Shown: one piece after another, positions 37,706-46,628 of the stretch
Layout: each line of letters opens with the position of its first letter
Position numbering within the stretch: position 1 is the stretch's first letter
Assembly (NCBI GenBank): GCA_965209205.1
Contig: CBDBQC010000004.1
Span: 902,167-966,166, forward strand
From: Dehalococcoidia bacterium
GTDB lineage: Bacteria; Chloroflexota; Dehalococcoidia; Bin125
Reading direction: 5' to 3'
Length of the DNA: 64,000 nt
The notes under the pieces: model-generated
The model's database searches: none
What the model was told of the DNA's origin: nothing
What the model saw: only the letters and a program-made list of their open reading frames with translations
Program-made: the position numbers and the translations under genes

Positions 37706-38335
37706 ATGCCCCGCGTCGAGGCGGTGCGCCGCCGCGGGCGCTCGCTGCGGGTCGATTTCGACGACGGCACGTCGCTGCGTTGCGACCGCGACTTCCTGCC
37801 CGGCCGGCGGCTGGCCGAGGGCCAGGAGATCGAGGCGGCGATCCTGACGCGGGTCGTGTGGCAGGCGGCGCGGCACGACGCCGAGCGCGCCGCGCTCCGC
37901 TTGCTGGCCGTGCGGCCGCGCAGCCGGACGGAGCTCCGGAGGCGGCTGCGGGGCGCCGGCATCGGCGAGGAGGTCGTCGAGGAGACGCTGGAGCGGCTGG
38001 CCGAGCAGGGCTACCTCGACGATCGCGCGTTCGCGGAGGCGTGGGTCGATCGGCGGCAGCGGTCGCGGCCGCGCTCGCGGCGGATGCTGCGGTCGGAGTT
38101 GCGCCAGCAGGGCGTGGAGGCAGACCTGGCCGAGGCGGTCACGGCCGACATCGACGACGAGGCGACGGCGCTGGCCATCGCCGTCGGGCAGCGGGGCCGC
38201 TTCGCGCGGGAGGAGTGGGAGGCGTACCGGCAGCGGACGGGCGGTCTGCTGCTGCGCCGGGGCTTCGCCGGCGGGCTGTCGGAGCGGGCGCTGCGGGCGG
38301 CCTGGGCGCCGCCGGCGCCGGTCGGTCGAGCCTGA
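37706..38335 (+). CDS. recX: recombination regulator RecX
   Basis: RAALRLLAVRPRSRTELRRRL...LERLAEQGYLDDRAFAEAWV, three-helix repeats downstream of recA. Confidence 0.85.
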   Translation: MPRVEAVRRRGRSLRVDFDDGTSLRCDRDFLPGRRLAEGQEIEAAILTRVVWQAARHDAERAALRLLAVRPRSRTELRRRLRGAGIGEEVVEETLERLAEQGYLDDRAFAEAWVDRRQRSRPRSRRMLRSELRQQGVEADLAEAVTADIDDEATALAIAVGQRGRFAREEWEAYRQRTGGLLLRRGFAGGLSERALRAAWAPPAPVGRA

Positions 38336-38402
38336 CGGGCGTCTGAGGTGGATATGCGGGTGCTCGCGGCCGTATGCTTGCATCGGCGATCGAGGGAGAT
38401 AC

Positions 38403-38672
38403 GTGATGGCCATCATGTTCGACACCCGGAACGCCGTGCAACGGCTCATCAAGGGCGGCCTGTCCGAGACACAGGCGGACGCGGTTGTCGACGTGACCAG
38501 CGACGCCACCAGCCAGCTGGTGCCGAAGGACGCCTGGGAAACAGCGCTCGACCGCATGAGGGACCAGTTGCGCGGCGACCTTGAGCACGCGCTCCATGTG
38601 CAGACGTGGCGGATGTTCGGCCTGGGCCTCGCCATCGCCGGCGCCGTGATCGCCATTCTCCGGCTAACCTAG
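38403..38672 (+). CDS. DUF1640-like small tail-anchored coiled-coil protein (full length)
   Basis: MAIMFDTRNAVQRLIKGGLSETQADAVVDV..., then a coiled-coil and a C-terminal TM helix FGLGLAIAGAVIAIL. Confidence 0.75.
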   Translation: MMAIMFDTRNAVQRLIKGGLSETQADAVVDVTSDATSQLVPKDAWETALDRMRDQLRGDLEHALHVQTWRMFGLGLAIAGAVIAILRLT

Positions 38673-38674
38673 GG

Positions 38675-38905
38675 ATGGCCGGACGCGACGGAATCGCCGC
38701 CGCGGCCGGAAGAGGAGTAGGCAGTGCACAGGCGGATGCGGTGGTCGATGTGACCACCGACGCGACGAGCCCACCGGCAACAAAGGACGACATGGAATCG
38801 GCACTCGCGCGCCTCAGGGACCAGTTACGCGTCGAAATCTACCGCGCCCTCGCCGTGCAAACGCTGATCCTGGTCGGCGTGGTGGCAGCGCTAACGCGCC
38901 TGTAG
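38675..38905 (+). CDS. DUF1640-like paralog with a diverged N-terminus
   Basis: The ATG lies 2 nt after the previous stop. It shares QADAVVDVT(S/T)DATS with the upstream gene, then a coiled-coil and the TM helix LILVGVVAAL. Confidence 0.6.
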   Translation: MAGRDGIAAAAGRGVGSAQADAVVDVTTDATSPPATKDDMESALARLRDQLRVEIYRALAVQTLILVGVVAALTRL

Positions 38906-38923
38906 GAGAAAGCAACAACGGTC

Positions 38924-39079
38924 ATGCTCGCGACCCGCGAAGACTGGTATGCGCTCCGGGCGGATTTCGAGGCCCTCCGGGCCGACATCCAGCGCGACCT
39001 ACGCATGCTCACGCTGCAGATCTGTGGGTTCGCCGTCGCCGTGGCGGCCGTCGCCGTCGCCATCGTGAAACTGACCTAG
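38924..39079 (+). CDS. 51-aa coiled-coil + TM protein (C-terminal half of the DUF1640 architecture)
   Basis: Below the track size cutoff. Translation MLATREDWYALRADFEALRADIQRDLRMLTLQICGFAVAVAAVAVAIVKLT-stop, read directly from the sequence. Confidence 0.5.
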   Translation: MLATREDWYALRADFEALRADIQRDLRMLTLQICGFAVAVAAVAVAIVKLT

Positions 39080-39274
39080 CGGCCTCCCGCCCCTCACCGG
39101 ACCGACCAACTCGACCTCCGCGACGCCGCCGCGTCGCGTGGCTTCTGGCGCGCGGGGCCGCGCGGCCGTACGATGGGGGCACGAAGCACACTCGACCGTC
39201 TGAGCCACTCGACGGTTATGACACCCCGGGCGCCCCGCGATTCGCGGCGCCACCGGTCGAACTGAGGAAACACC

Positions 39275-40777
39275 ATGCTGGGAGCCATCATGCGGCTCCT
39301 GCGCGGCGGTGGTCCGGATCCGCGTGAAGAGGCGCGTCTCGAGGCGCTGCGGATCACCGAACGTGCAGAGCAAGAGGCCAAGTCCCGACTGATCGAGGCC
39401 CAGGAGCAGGCGCTGGCCGCGCGCCGCGCGGCGGAGTCCGACCTGCGCGAGGCCGAGGCCGACCTGCGCCGCTCGCGGCAGGACCAGCAGCGGCACGAGG
39501 AGCGCCTGGGCGCCCGCGAGGAGTCGCTCGACCGCAAGAGCGGCGACATCGACCGCCAGGAGCAGCGCCTGCGGACGCGGCACCAGGAGCTCGACACCCG
39601 CCAGGAAGAGATCGAGCACCTGGTGTCGCAGGAGCGGGAGCGGCTGGAGGCCGTCGCGCAGCTGACGTCGGAGGAGGCGCGCGACAAGCTGATGGGCCTG
39701 ATCGAGAACGAGATCCGCGACGACGTGAACCGCCGCGTGCGCGCGGCGGAGGCGTCGATCAAGGAGGAGGCGTCGGACCGGGCGCGCAAGTTCGTCGCGA
39801 CGGCCGTCCAGCGGGTGGCGTCGGAGGTGACGACGGAATCGACCGTCTCCGTGGTGCCGATCCCCAGCGACGAGATGAAGGGGCGCATCATCGGGCGCGA
39901 GGGGCGCAACATCCGCGCGCTGGAACTCGCCACCGGCTGCGACGTGATCATCGACGACACGCCCGACGCGGTGACGCTGTCGGCCTTCGACCCGGTGCGG
40001 CGGCAGATCGGCAAGGTGGCGCTGAGCCGCCTCGTCTCGGACGGCCGCATCCACCCGACGCGCATCGAGGAGCAGGTCGAGAAGGCGACGCGGGAGATCG
40101 AGCAGAACATCCGCGAGGCGGGGGACCAAGCGTCGCTCGACGCGCGCTGCCCCGGCCTGCCGCGCGACCTGCTAAACGTCTTCGGGCGGCTGCTGTACCG
40201 CACGTCGTACGGGCAGAATCAGCTGCGGCACGCGGTCGAGACGGCCCACCTGGCCGGCATGCTGGCCGAGGAGATGGACGCCAACCCGGACATCGCCCGT
40301 CGCGGGGCGCTGCTGCACGACATCGGCAAGGCCGTCGACCACGAGGTCGAGGGCACGCACGCGCTGATCGGCGGCGACATGGCGCGCCGCTTCAAGCTGA
40401 ACGACACCATCGCCAACTGCATCGAGGCGCACCACGACGAGGTCGAGATGACGAGCGTCGAGGCTGTCATCGTGCAGGTCTGCGACGCGATCTCGGGCGG
40501 ACGCCCGGGCGCGCGCCGGGAGTCGGCCGACCGCTACATCGAGCGGCTGCGGGCGCTGGAGGACATCGCCACGTCGTTCGACGGCGTGCGGCAGTCGTTC
40601 GCGATCCAGGCCGGGCGCGAGGTGCGCGTGCTGGTCGACCCGGAGCGCATCGACGACCTGGAATCGATGCGGCTGGCGCGTGAGATCAGCCGCCGCATCG
40701 AGGAGGGGCTGACCTACCCGGGGCAGATCCGGGTGACGGTGCTGCGCGAGATGCGCGCCACCGAAGTCGCGCGCTAG
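39275..40777 (+). CDS. rny: ribonuclease Y (KH + HD domains), no N-terminal TM helix encoded
   Basis: Long coiled-coil, KH (GRIIGREGRNIRALE) and HD (LLHDIGKAVDHE...EAHHD) are present. An in-frame TGA lies 9 nt upstream of the ATG. Confidence 0.9.
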   Translation: MLGAIMRLLRGGGPDPREEARLEALRITERAEQEAKSRLIEAQEQALAARRAAESDLREAEADLRRSRQDQQRHEERLGAREESLDRKSGDIDRQEQRLRTRHQELDTRQEEIEHLVSQERERLEAVAQLTSEEARDKLMGLIENEIRDDVNRRVRAAEASIKEEASDRARKFVATAVQRVASEVTTESTVSVVPIPSDEMKGRIIGREGRNIRALELATGCDVIIDDTPDAVTLSAFDPVRRQIGKVALSRLVSDGRIHPTRIEEQVEKATREIEQNIREAGDQASLDARCPGLPRDLLNVFGRLLYRTSYGQNQLRHAVETAHLAGMLAEEMDANPDIARRGALLHDIGKAVDHEVEGTHALIGGDMARRFKLNDTIANCIEAHHDEVEMTSVEAVIVQVCDAISGGRPGARRESADRYIERLRALEDIATSFDGVRQSFAIQAGREVRVLVDPERIDDLESMRLAREISRRIEEGLTYPGQIRVTVLREMRATEVAR

Positions 40778-40785
40778 CCGCGGTG

Positions 40786-41574
40786 ATGCGGGTGCTGGCG
40801 GTCGGCGACGTGATGGGGCGGCTGGGGCGTGGCACGGCCTGCGCGCTGCTGCCGGGGCTGCGCCGGGAGCTCGACCTCGACTACGTGGTCGTGAACGGCG
40901 AGAACGCGGCGGCGGGCCGCGGCACGACGGACAAGATCGCGCGGGACCTGCTGGACCACGGCGCCGACGTCGTCACGGGCGGCAATCACACCTGGGCCAT
41001 CCCCGACTACGCCGAGACACTGCGGGGCGAGCTGCCCGTGCTGCGCCCGGCGAACTACCCCGCGGGCGCGCCAGGCCGCGGCGTCTGGCACGACGGCCGG
41101 CTGGCGGTCATCAACCTCATCGGCCGCACGTTCATGGAGCCGGTCGACGACCCGTTCGCCTGCGCCGACCGGCTGCTGGCGTCGATCCCGGCGGGCGTGC
41201 CGACGCTGGTCGACTTCCACGCCGAGGCCACATCGGAGAAGCAGGCGATGGGCTGGCACCTCGACGGCCGGGCGACGGCGGTCGTCGGCACGCACACGCA
41301 CGTGCCGACGGCGGACCCGCGGCTGCTGCCCGAGGGCACGGCCTTCGTGACCGACCTGGGGATGTGCGGCGCACGCGACTCGATCATCGGCAGCGAGACG
41401 CAGGCGGTGCTGCACCGCTTCCGCACCGGCCGGCCGTCGCGCATGCCGCCGGAGACGCACGGGGCGGCGATCTTCTGCGCCGTGCTCGTGGAGATCGACG
41501 ACGCCACGAGCCGGGCGACGGGCATCGAGCGGGTGGACCGCGTGATCGAGCCCGACGCGGCGGGGGGCGCCTGA
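40786..41574 (+). CDS. ymdB: YmdB-family metallophosphoesterase (2',3'-cyclic-nucleotide phosphodiesterase)
   Basis: [31 protein letters not shown] and [10 protein letters not shown] are present. It lies downstream of rny, as in Firmicutes. Confidence 0.9.
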   Translation: MRVLAVGDVMGRLGRGTACALLPGLRRELDLDYVVVNGENAAAGRGTTDKIARDLLDHGADVVTGGNHTWAIPDYAETLRGELPVLRPANYPAGAPGRGVWHDGRLAVINLIGRTFMEPVDDPFACADRLLASIPAGVPTLVDFHAEATSEKQAMGWHLDGRATAVVGTHTHVPTADPRLLPEGTAFVTDLGMCGARDSIIGSETQAVLHRFRTGRPSRMPPETHGAAIFCAVLVEIDDATSRATGIERVDRVIEPDAAGGA

Positions 41575-42470
41575 TGGCGATCGGCGACTTCCACACGCAC
41601 AGCAATCAGTCGGACGGCGTGCTGACGCCGGCGGCGCTGATCCGCCGGGCGGGCGCAAACGGCGTGCGCCACCTCGCGCTGACCGACCACGACACGACGG
41701 CCGGCGTCGCCGAGGCGGCGCGGGCGGCCGCGGCGATCGGCGTGCGGCTGATCCCCGGCGTCGAACTGAGCGCCGACCTGCCCGACGGCGGCGACGCGCA
41801 CATCCTGGGCTACTTCGCGTCGATCGAGCACCCGCGCTTGCAGGCGCAGCTCGCGTCGTACCGCGAGGGCCGCACGGCGCGCGGCCGCACGATGCTGGCC
41901 AAGCTGGCGGCGCTGGGCATGCCGCTGCGCTGGGAGCGGGTGCTGGAGATCGCCGGCGAGGCGGCGGTGGGACGGCCGCACGTCGCGCAGGCGCTGGTCG
42001 AGGGGGGCCACGTGGGCAACGTGCGCGAGGCCTTCGACCGCTACCTGCGCACCGGCGGCCCGGCCGACGCACCCCGCGAGAAGCTGCCGCCGTCGCAGGC
42101 GATCGCGCTGATCCGCGAGTGCGGCGGCGTCGCGGCGCTGGCCCACCCCAGCTTCCTCCCCGACGCCGAAGCGGCCGTGGCGCAGCTGGCCGCCGACGGG
42201 CTGGAGGGGCTCGAGGTGTACTACAAGAACTACGCGCCGGCGGAGGTCGAGCGGTACCGGGCGCTGGCCGACGCGCACGGCCTCGTCCCGTCCGGCGGCT
42301 CCGACTACCACGGCATCCACGACGACGAGCGCGAGCCGGGCGACATCACCTTCGCGGACGCCGACGTCGAGCGGTTCCTGGCGGTGCTCGAGGACGCATG
42401 GGCGTCGCGCGGAGGCGTGCCTGGAGAGACGCGCGGAGGCGGCGCGACGGAGGGGGAGGCGCAGGCGTGA
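41574..42470 (+). CDS. PHP-domain phosphoesterase (TrpH/YciV-like)
   Basis: [29 protein letters not shown] and AHP...GSDYHG are present. Confidence 0.85.
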   Translation: MAIGDFHTHSNQSDGVLTPAALIRRAGANGVRHLALTDHDTTAGVAEAARAAAAIGVRLIPGVELSADLPDGGDAHILGYFASIEHPRLQAQLASYREGRTARGRTMLAKLAALGMPLRWERVLEIAGEAAVGRPHVAQALVEGGHVGNVREAFDRYLRTGGPADAPREKLPPSQAIALIRECGGVAALAHPSFLPDAEAAVAQLAADGLEGLEVYYKNYAPAEVERYRALADAHGLVPSGGSDYHGIHDDEREPGDITFADADVERFLAVLEDAWASRGGVPGETRGGGATEGEAQA

Positions 42471-42967
42471 CGACATCGCAAGAGGACGGCGCGACACCAG
42501 CCGCGGAGACGCCCATTCCGGAGACCATGGAGATCGACGAGATCCTGGCCACGATCCCGCACCGCTACCCGTTCCTGCTGGTCGACCGCATCGTCGAGCT
42601 GCACCGCGGCACGTCGGCGGTGGGGATCAAGAACGTCAGCGCCAACGAAGCCTTCTTCCAGGGCCACTTCCCGGGCAACCCCATCATGCCCGGCGTGCTG
42701 ATCGTCGAGGCGCTGGCGCAGGTCGGGGCGGTGGCGGCGCTGAGCGCGCCCGAGCATCGCGGCAAGCTGGGGCTGTTCGCCGGCATCGACGGACTGCGCT
42801 TCCGGCGGCAGGTCAAACCCGGCGACCAACTGCGGCTCGAGGTGTCGCTCGACCGGCTGCGGCGCGGCGTGGGCAAGGCGGCGGCGCGGGCGACGGTCGA
42901 CGGGGAACTGGCCGCGGCCGGGACGCTGACGTTCGCGATCGTGGCCGATCCGGCGGCCGGCGGGTAG
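42467..42967 (+). CDS. fabZ: 3-hydroxyacyl-ACP dehydratase FabZ
   Basis: [16 protein letters not shown] and [23 protein letters not shown] are present. The GTG at 42467 overlaps the upstream stop (GTGA) and has a GGAGGGGGAGG Shine-Dalgarno sequence. Alternative ATG at 42527. Confidence 0.9.
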   Translation: MTTSQEDGATPAAETPIPETMEIDEILATIPHRYPFLLVDRIVELHRGTSAVGIKNVSANEAFFQGHFPGNPIMPGVLIVEALAQVGAVAALSAPEHRGKLGLFAGIDGLRFRRQVKPGDQLRLEVSLDRLRRGVGKAAARATVDGELAAAGTLTFAIVADPAAGG

Positions 42968-43008
42968 CCCAGCCATCCTCGAACGCATCAGCCTCGGACG
43001 CATCAGCC

Positions 43009-43419
43009 TCAGACCCGCAGGGCGAGCCAGGCGAGCAGCACCGCGCCGACGCTGGCGACGCTGGTCAGCGCGATCCAGCGCAGGTCGGCGTGCACGTAGC
43101 GGAAGTCGTAGATCACCCGCGGGCCGCGGGCGATGCGCTCGGACTCCGATCGCGGACCGCCGCGGTTGCGCCGCCGCAGGCCGGGCCGCCGAATCGCCCC
43201 CACGGCGGCGCGCGAGAGGTCGACGCTGGCGTGGCCGCCCATGATCGACGACGGCAGGCCGTGCGCGCCGGGAGCCGCTGTGGGCAGCTCCTGCTCGGCC
43301 GGCGTCCCGCCGCGGCCGCGGCTGCGTCGCGGCCGGCCGCCCAACTGCTGGGGCGGCGCGGCGGCCTTGCGACCACCCGCCCGTCCACCGCCGCGTCCGC
43401 CGCGCTTGCCTTTGGCCAT
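43009..43419 (-). CDS. hypothetical Arg/Gly-rich protein with a C-terminal TM helix
   Basis: GGAGGGAT Shine-Dalgarno sequence. MAKGKRGGRGGGRAGGRK...VIYDFRYVHADLRWIALTSVASVGAVLLAWLAL. Strong third-position GC bias. Confidence 0.55.
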   Translation of the reverse strand: MAKGKRGGRGGGRAGGRKAAAPPQQLGGRPRRSRGRGGTPAEQELPTAAPGAHGLPSSIMGGHASVDLSRAAVGAIRRPGLRRRNRGGPRSESERIARGPRVIYDFRYVHADLRWIALTSVASVGAVLLAWLALRV

Positions 43420-43515
43420 CGCGATCCCTCCACGTCGACCGTACCGGTTCAGTATACGGGGCCACGCGGCCTGGGTGTGGTGGCGGCGCGCATTGCCCCG
43501 GCTGCGACGCGTTCC

Positions 43516-43521
43516 TACACT
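43516..43521 (+). promoter_or_regulatory. putative -10 TACACT, 8 nt before the mature tRNA-Asp 5' end
   Basis: Sequence reads ccTACACTcggaggacG(tRNA). Confidence 0.35.
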
Positions 43522-43529
43522 CGGAGGAC

Positions 43530-43606
43530 GGCCCCGTGGTGTAGCGGCCTAACACGCCACCCTGTCAAGGTGGAGACCGGCGGTTCGAATCCGCTCGGGG
43601 TCGCCA
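43530..43606 (+). tRNA. tRNA-Asp (anticodon GTC), CCA encoded
   Basis: Acceptor stem GGCCCCG/CGGGGTC, D-arm GTAGCGG, anticodon stem-loop ccacc-CTGTCAA-ggtgg, T-loop GGTTCGAATCC and 3' GCCA are present. Confidence 0.93.
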
Positions 43607-43620
43607 TCGAACCCACATGC

Positions 43621-43651
43621 GGGCCCGCTCGGTCGAGCGGGCCCCATTTTT
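43621..43651 (+). terminator. rho-independent terminator after tRNA-Asp
   Basis: 10-bp stem gggcccgctc / gagcgggccc, loop ggtc, then cATTTTT. Confidence 0.8.
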
Positions 43652-43746
43652 GTCCCTGGGGCCGGGTGCGGCGGTCGCGGAGCGTGCAGCGACCGACGGC
43701 GTGGGCGATACTGGCGCGCGACGAGTCCGACGGCGAAAGGCGCGAC

Positions 43747-45330
43747 ATGGTCTGGCAGCCCGAGATCGACGAGATCGCGAAGCGGCGGGCGCTGGCGGCC
43801 GAGATGGGCGGCCCCGAGCGGGTCGCCGATCAGCACGCGCGCGGCCGTCTGACGGTGCGCGAGCGCATCGACCTGCTGGCCGATGACGGATCGTTCCGCG
43901 AGCGCGGCAAGCTGGCCGGCCAAGCGTATTACCGCGACGGCGAACTGACCGGCTTCCACCCCTCGGGGACCGTGATGGGAACGGCGCGCATCGACGGGCG
44001 GCCGGCGGCGCTGGTGGGGTCGGACTTCACGGCGCGGCCCAAGAGCGGGTCGCAGGCCGAGGGGGGCGCCTCGCAGATCCACAGCGGCGGCGACAAGTCG
44101 GCCCACATCGAGAGCATCGCGCAGGAGCTGAAGATCCCGCTGATCCGGTTGATCGACGGCTTCGGCGGCGACATCCGCGCCACGGCGGAGATGGGCCGCA
44201 CCTACCTGCCCGAGTTGTACTGGCCCGAGCGCTGGACGCGCCTGCTGGCCGAGGTGCCGGTCGTCTCGGCGGCGATGGGCTCGGTGGCGGGGCTGCCCGC
44301 GGCCGAGGTGCCGGCCAGTCACTTCTCGGTCATGGTGCGCGGCACGACGCAGGTCTTCGCCGGCGGCCCGCCGCTGGTCAAGCGGTCGCTGGGCGACCCG
44401 ATCACGAAGGAGGAGCTGGGCGGCTACAAGGTGCACGCGCGGCACAGCGGCGTGGTCGACAACGACGCCGCCGACGAGGCCGAGGCGCTGGCCCAGATCC
44501 GCGCGTTCCTCTCGTACCTGCCGTCGAGCGTGCATGCGCTGCCGCCGGTGCGCCCCTGCGACGACTCCGCCGATCGGCGCGAGGAGGCGCTGGCCTCGAT
44601 CGTGCCGCGGCGCCGCAACCGCGGCTACGACATGCGCGGCCTGGTGCGGCTGGTGGTCGACGCGGGCTCGTTCTTCGAGATGGCGCGCTACTTCGGGCGG
44701 GCGCAGGTGACGGCCTTCGCGCGCATCGCGGGCATGCCCGTGGGCGTGCTGGCCAACGACCCGATGCACTACGGCGGCGCGATGGGGGCCAAGGAGGCGC
44801 GCAAGTTCGAGCGCTTCGTCGACCTGTGCGATGTCTTCCACCTGCCGATCATCAACTTCGCCGACCAGCCGGGCTTCGTGATCGGGCGGGCCGGCGAGTC
44901 GGAGGGGACGCTGCGGGCGGGGGTGCGGGCGTCGTGCGCGATCGACGACAGCCGCGTGCCCTGGGCCACGGTGGTCGTGCGGCGGCTGTACGGCGTCGCG
45001 GGCGGGGCGCACCAGGACTTCAGCCGCTTCTGCTTCCGCATCGCCTGGCCGTCGGGGGAGTGGGGCTCGCTGCCGATCGAGGGCGGCGTCGACGCGGCCT
45101 ACCGGCGCGAGATCGACGCCGCGCCCGACCCGGCGGCGCGCCGCCAGGAGATCGAGCAGCGGCTGATCGCGCTGCGCAGTCCGTTCAACGCCGCCGAGGC
45201 CTTCGCGGTCGAGGACATCGTCGACCCGCGGGACACGCGCCCCATGCTGGCCGAATGGCTGGCCATCGCCTACGAGCAGCAATTGCCGTCGCAAGTGGGC
45301 ATCCGCACGCTGCACGGGATGCGCCCGTAG
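43747..45330 (+). CDS. acyl-CoA carboxylase carboxyltransferase (beta) subunit family
   Basis: GGPERVADQHARGRLTVRERIDLL, IDGRPAALVGSDFT, DQPGFVIG and LYGVAGGA are present. The track ORF start at 43090 would run through the tRNA and is rejected. Confidence 0.85.
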   Translation: MVWQPEIDEIAKRRALAAEMGGPERVADQHARGRLTVRERIDLLADDGSFRERGKLAGQAYYRDGELTGFHPSGTVMGTARIDGRPAALVGSDFTARPKSGSQAEGGASQIHSGGDKSAHIESIAQELKIPLIRLIDGFGGDIRATAEMGRTYLPELYWPERWTRLLAEVPVVSAAMGSVAGLPAAEVPASHFSVMVRGTTQVFAGGPPLVKRSLGDPITKEELGGYKVHARHSGVVDNDAADEAEALAQIRAFLSYLPSSVHALPPVRPCDDSADRREEALASIVPRRRNRGYDMRGLVRLVVDAGSFFEMARYFGRAQVTAFARIAGMPVGVLANDPMHYGGAMGAKEARKFERFVDLCDVFHLPIINFADQPGFVIGRAGESEGTLRAGVRASCAIDDSRVPWATVVVRRLYGVAGGAHQDFSRFCFRIAWPSGEWGSLPIEGGVDAAYRREIDAAPDPAARRQEIEQRLIALRSPFNAAEAFAVEDIVDPRDTRPMLAEWLAIAYEQQLPSQVGIRTLHGMRP

Positions 45331-45440
45331 CGACGCCCGCCGCCACGTCCGGGCGGGCGGCGGATTGCCGCAGCGCCGCCGGTCGGCGAGAATCAGCCGC
45401 AGGCGGCGCTCGACGCCCGGGCGCGCCAAAGGAGGATCCC

Positions 45441-46508
45441 GTGGACTATGCCCGACTGGCCGACAAGGCGTTGGCCGGCGACTGCCTGAGCCGTGAGGAA
45501 TCGCGCGCCGTGCTGGCCTCGCCCGACGCCGACGTGCTGGCGCTGCTGGCGGCGGCCTACCGCGTGCGCCACCAGCACTGGGGCACGACGGTGCAGTTGC
45601 ACGTGCTGCAGAACGCCAAGAGCGGGCTCTGCCCCGAGGATTGCAACTACTGCTCGCAATCGGCCGTGTCGGAGGCGGAGATCGAGAAGTACCCCTACCT
45701 CGAGAAGGAGCAGATCGTCGAGGCGGCGCGGCGGGCCAAGACGGCCGGCGCGATGCGCTACTGCATCGTGGCGAGCGGGCGCGGGCCGACGCAGCGGGAG
45801 GTCGACTTCGTCAGCGACGTCGTGCGCACGATCAAGGACGAGATGGAGATCGAACTCTGCGCCTGCGTCGGCATCCTCGACGGCGACAAGGCGGGGCAGC
45901 TGGCAGCGGCGGGCGTCGACCGGCTCAACCACAACCTCAACACCAGCGAGCGCTTCTCGCCCGAGATCGTCACGACGCACACCTACCAGGACCGCCTGGG
46001 CACGCTGCGGGCGGCGCGCGCGGCCGGGCTCGAGCTGTGCACGGGCGCAATCTTCGGCATGGGCGAGACCGACGAGGACGTCATCGACGTGCTGATGGAC
46101 CTGCGCTCGCTGGGGCCCGACTCGATCCCGATCAACTTCCTCATCCCCATCGAGGGCACGCCCCTGGCCGACGTACACACGCTGACGCCGAACCAGTGCC
46201 TGCGGCAGCTGTCGCTGGCGCGCTTCCTCAACCCGGCGGCCGAGATCCGCATCGCCGGCGGCCGCGAGGTGCACCTGCGCTCGATGCAGGCGATGGGGCT
46301 GTACGCGGCCAACTCGATCTTCGTCGACGGCTACCTGACGGAGCCGGGGCAGAAGACCGCCGAGGCGCACGCGATGATCGCCGACATGGGCTTCACCGTC
46401 GTGGCGGGCGAGGCGGGCAACCCGATGACGGCGGGGTCGCCCGAGACGGGCGTGCGCGAGGCCCCCATGCGGGAAGCCAGCGTCGCGGGGGCGCCGGGCG
46501 GCGGCTAG
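45441..46508 (+). CDS. bioB: biotin synthase
   Basis: AAAGGAGGA Shine-Dalgarno sequence then GTG. SGLCPEDCNYCSQS radical SAM cluster, YCIVASGRG, NHNLNTS and GMGET are present. Confidence 0.9.
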   Translation: MDYARLADKALAGDCLSREESRAVLASPDADVLALLAAAYRVRHQHWGTTVQLHVLQNAKSGLCPEDCNYCSQSAVSEAEIEKYPYLEKEQIVEAARRAKTAGAMRYCIVASGRGPTQREVDFVSDVVRTIKDEMEIELCACVGILDGDKAGQLAAAGVDRLNHNLNTSERFSPEIVTTHTYQDRLGTLRAARAAGLELCTGAIFGMGETDEDVIDVLMDLRSLGPDSIPINFLIPIEGTPLADVHTLTPNQCLRQLSLARFLNPAAEIRIAGGREVHLRSMQAMGLYAANSIFVDGYLTEPGQKTAEAHAMIADMGFTVVAGEAGNPMTAGSPETGVREAPMREASVAGAPGGG

Positions 46509-46628
46509 TCAGGGGCGGTCGCGCCGGGGCCGCGGGGCGAGCGGGCCGGGTTGCGGGGGCACGAGCGCGAGCCCGAGTACGACAGCGCACGGGAACCTCC
46601 GCGCCGCGACGGTCGTTCCCGAGAAGAC

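Noticed and set aside
43530-43660. tRNA-Asp as an integration site for a genomic island.
   Set aside because: No integrase, no recognisable duplicated tRNA 3' fragment and no compositional shift in the downstream genes (carboxyltransferase, bioB). By-eye inspection only.
43090-43746. N-terminal extension of the carboxyltransferase ORF.
   Set aside because: It would run through tRNA-Asp and its terminator. The ATG at 43747 gives a normal carboxyltransferase N-terminus.
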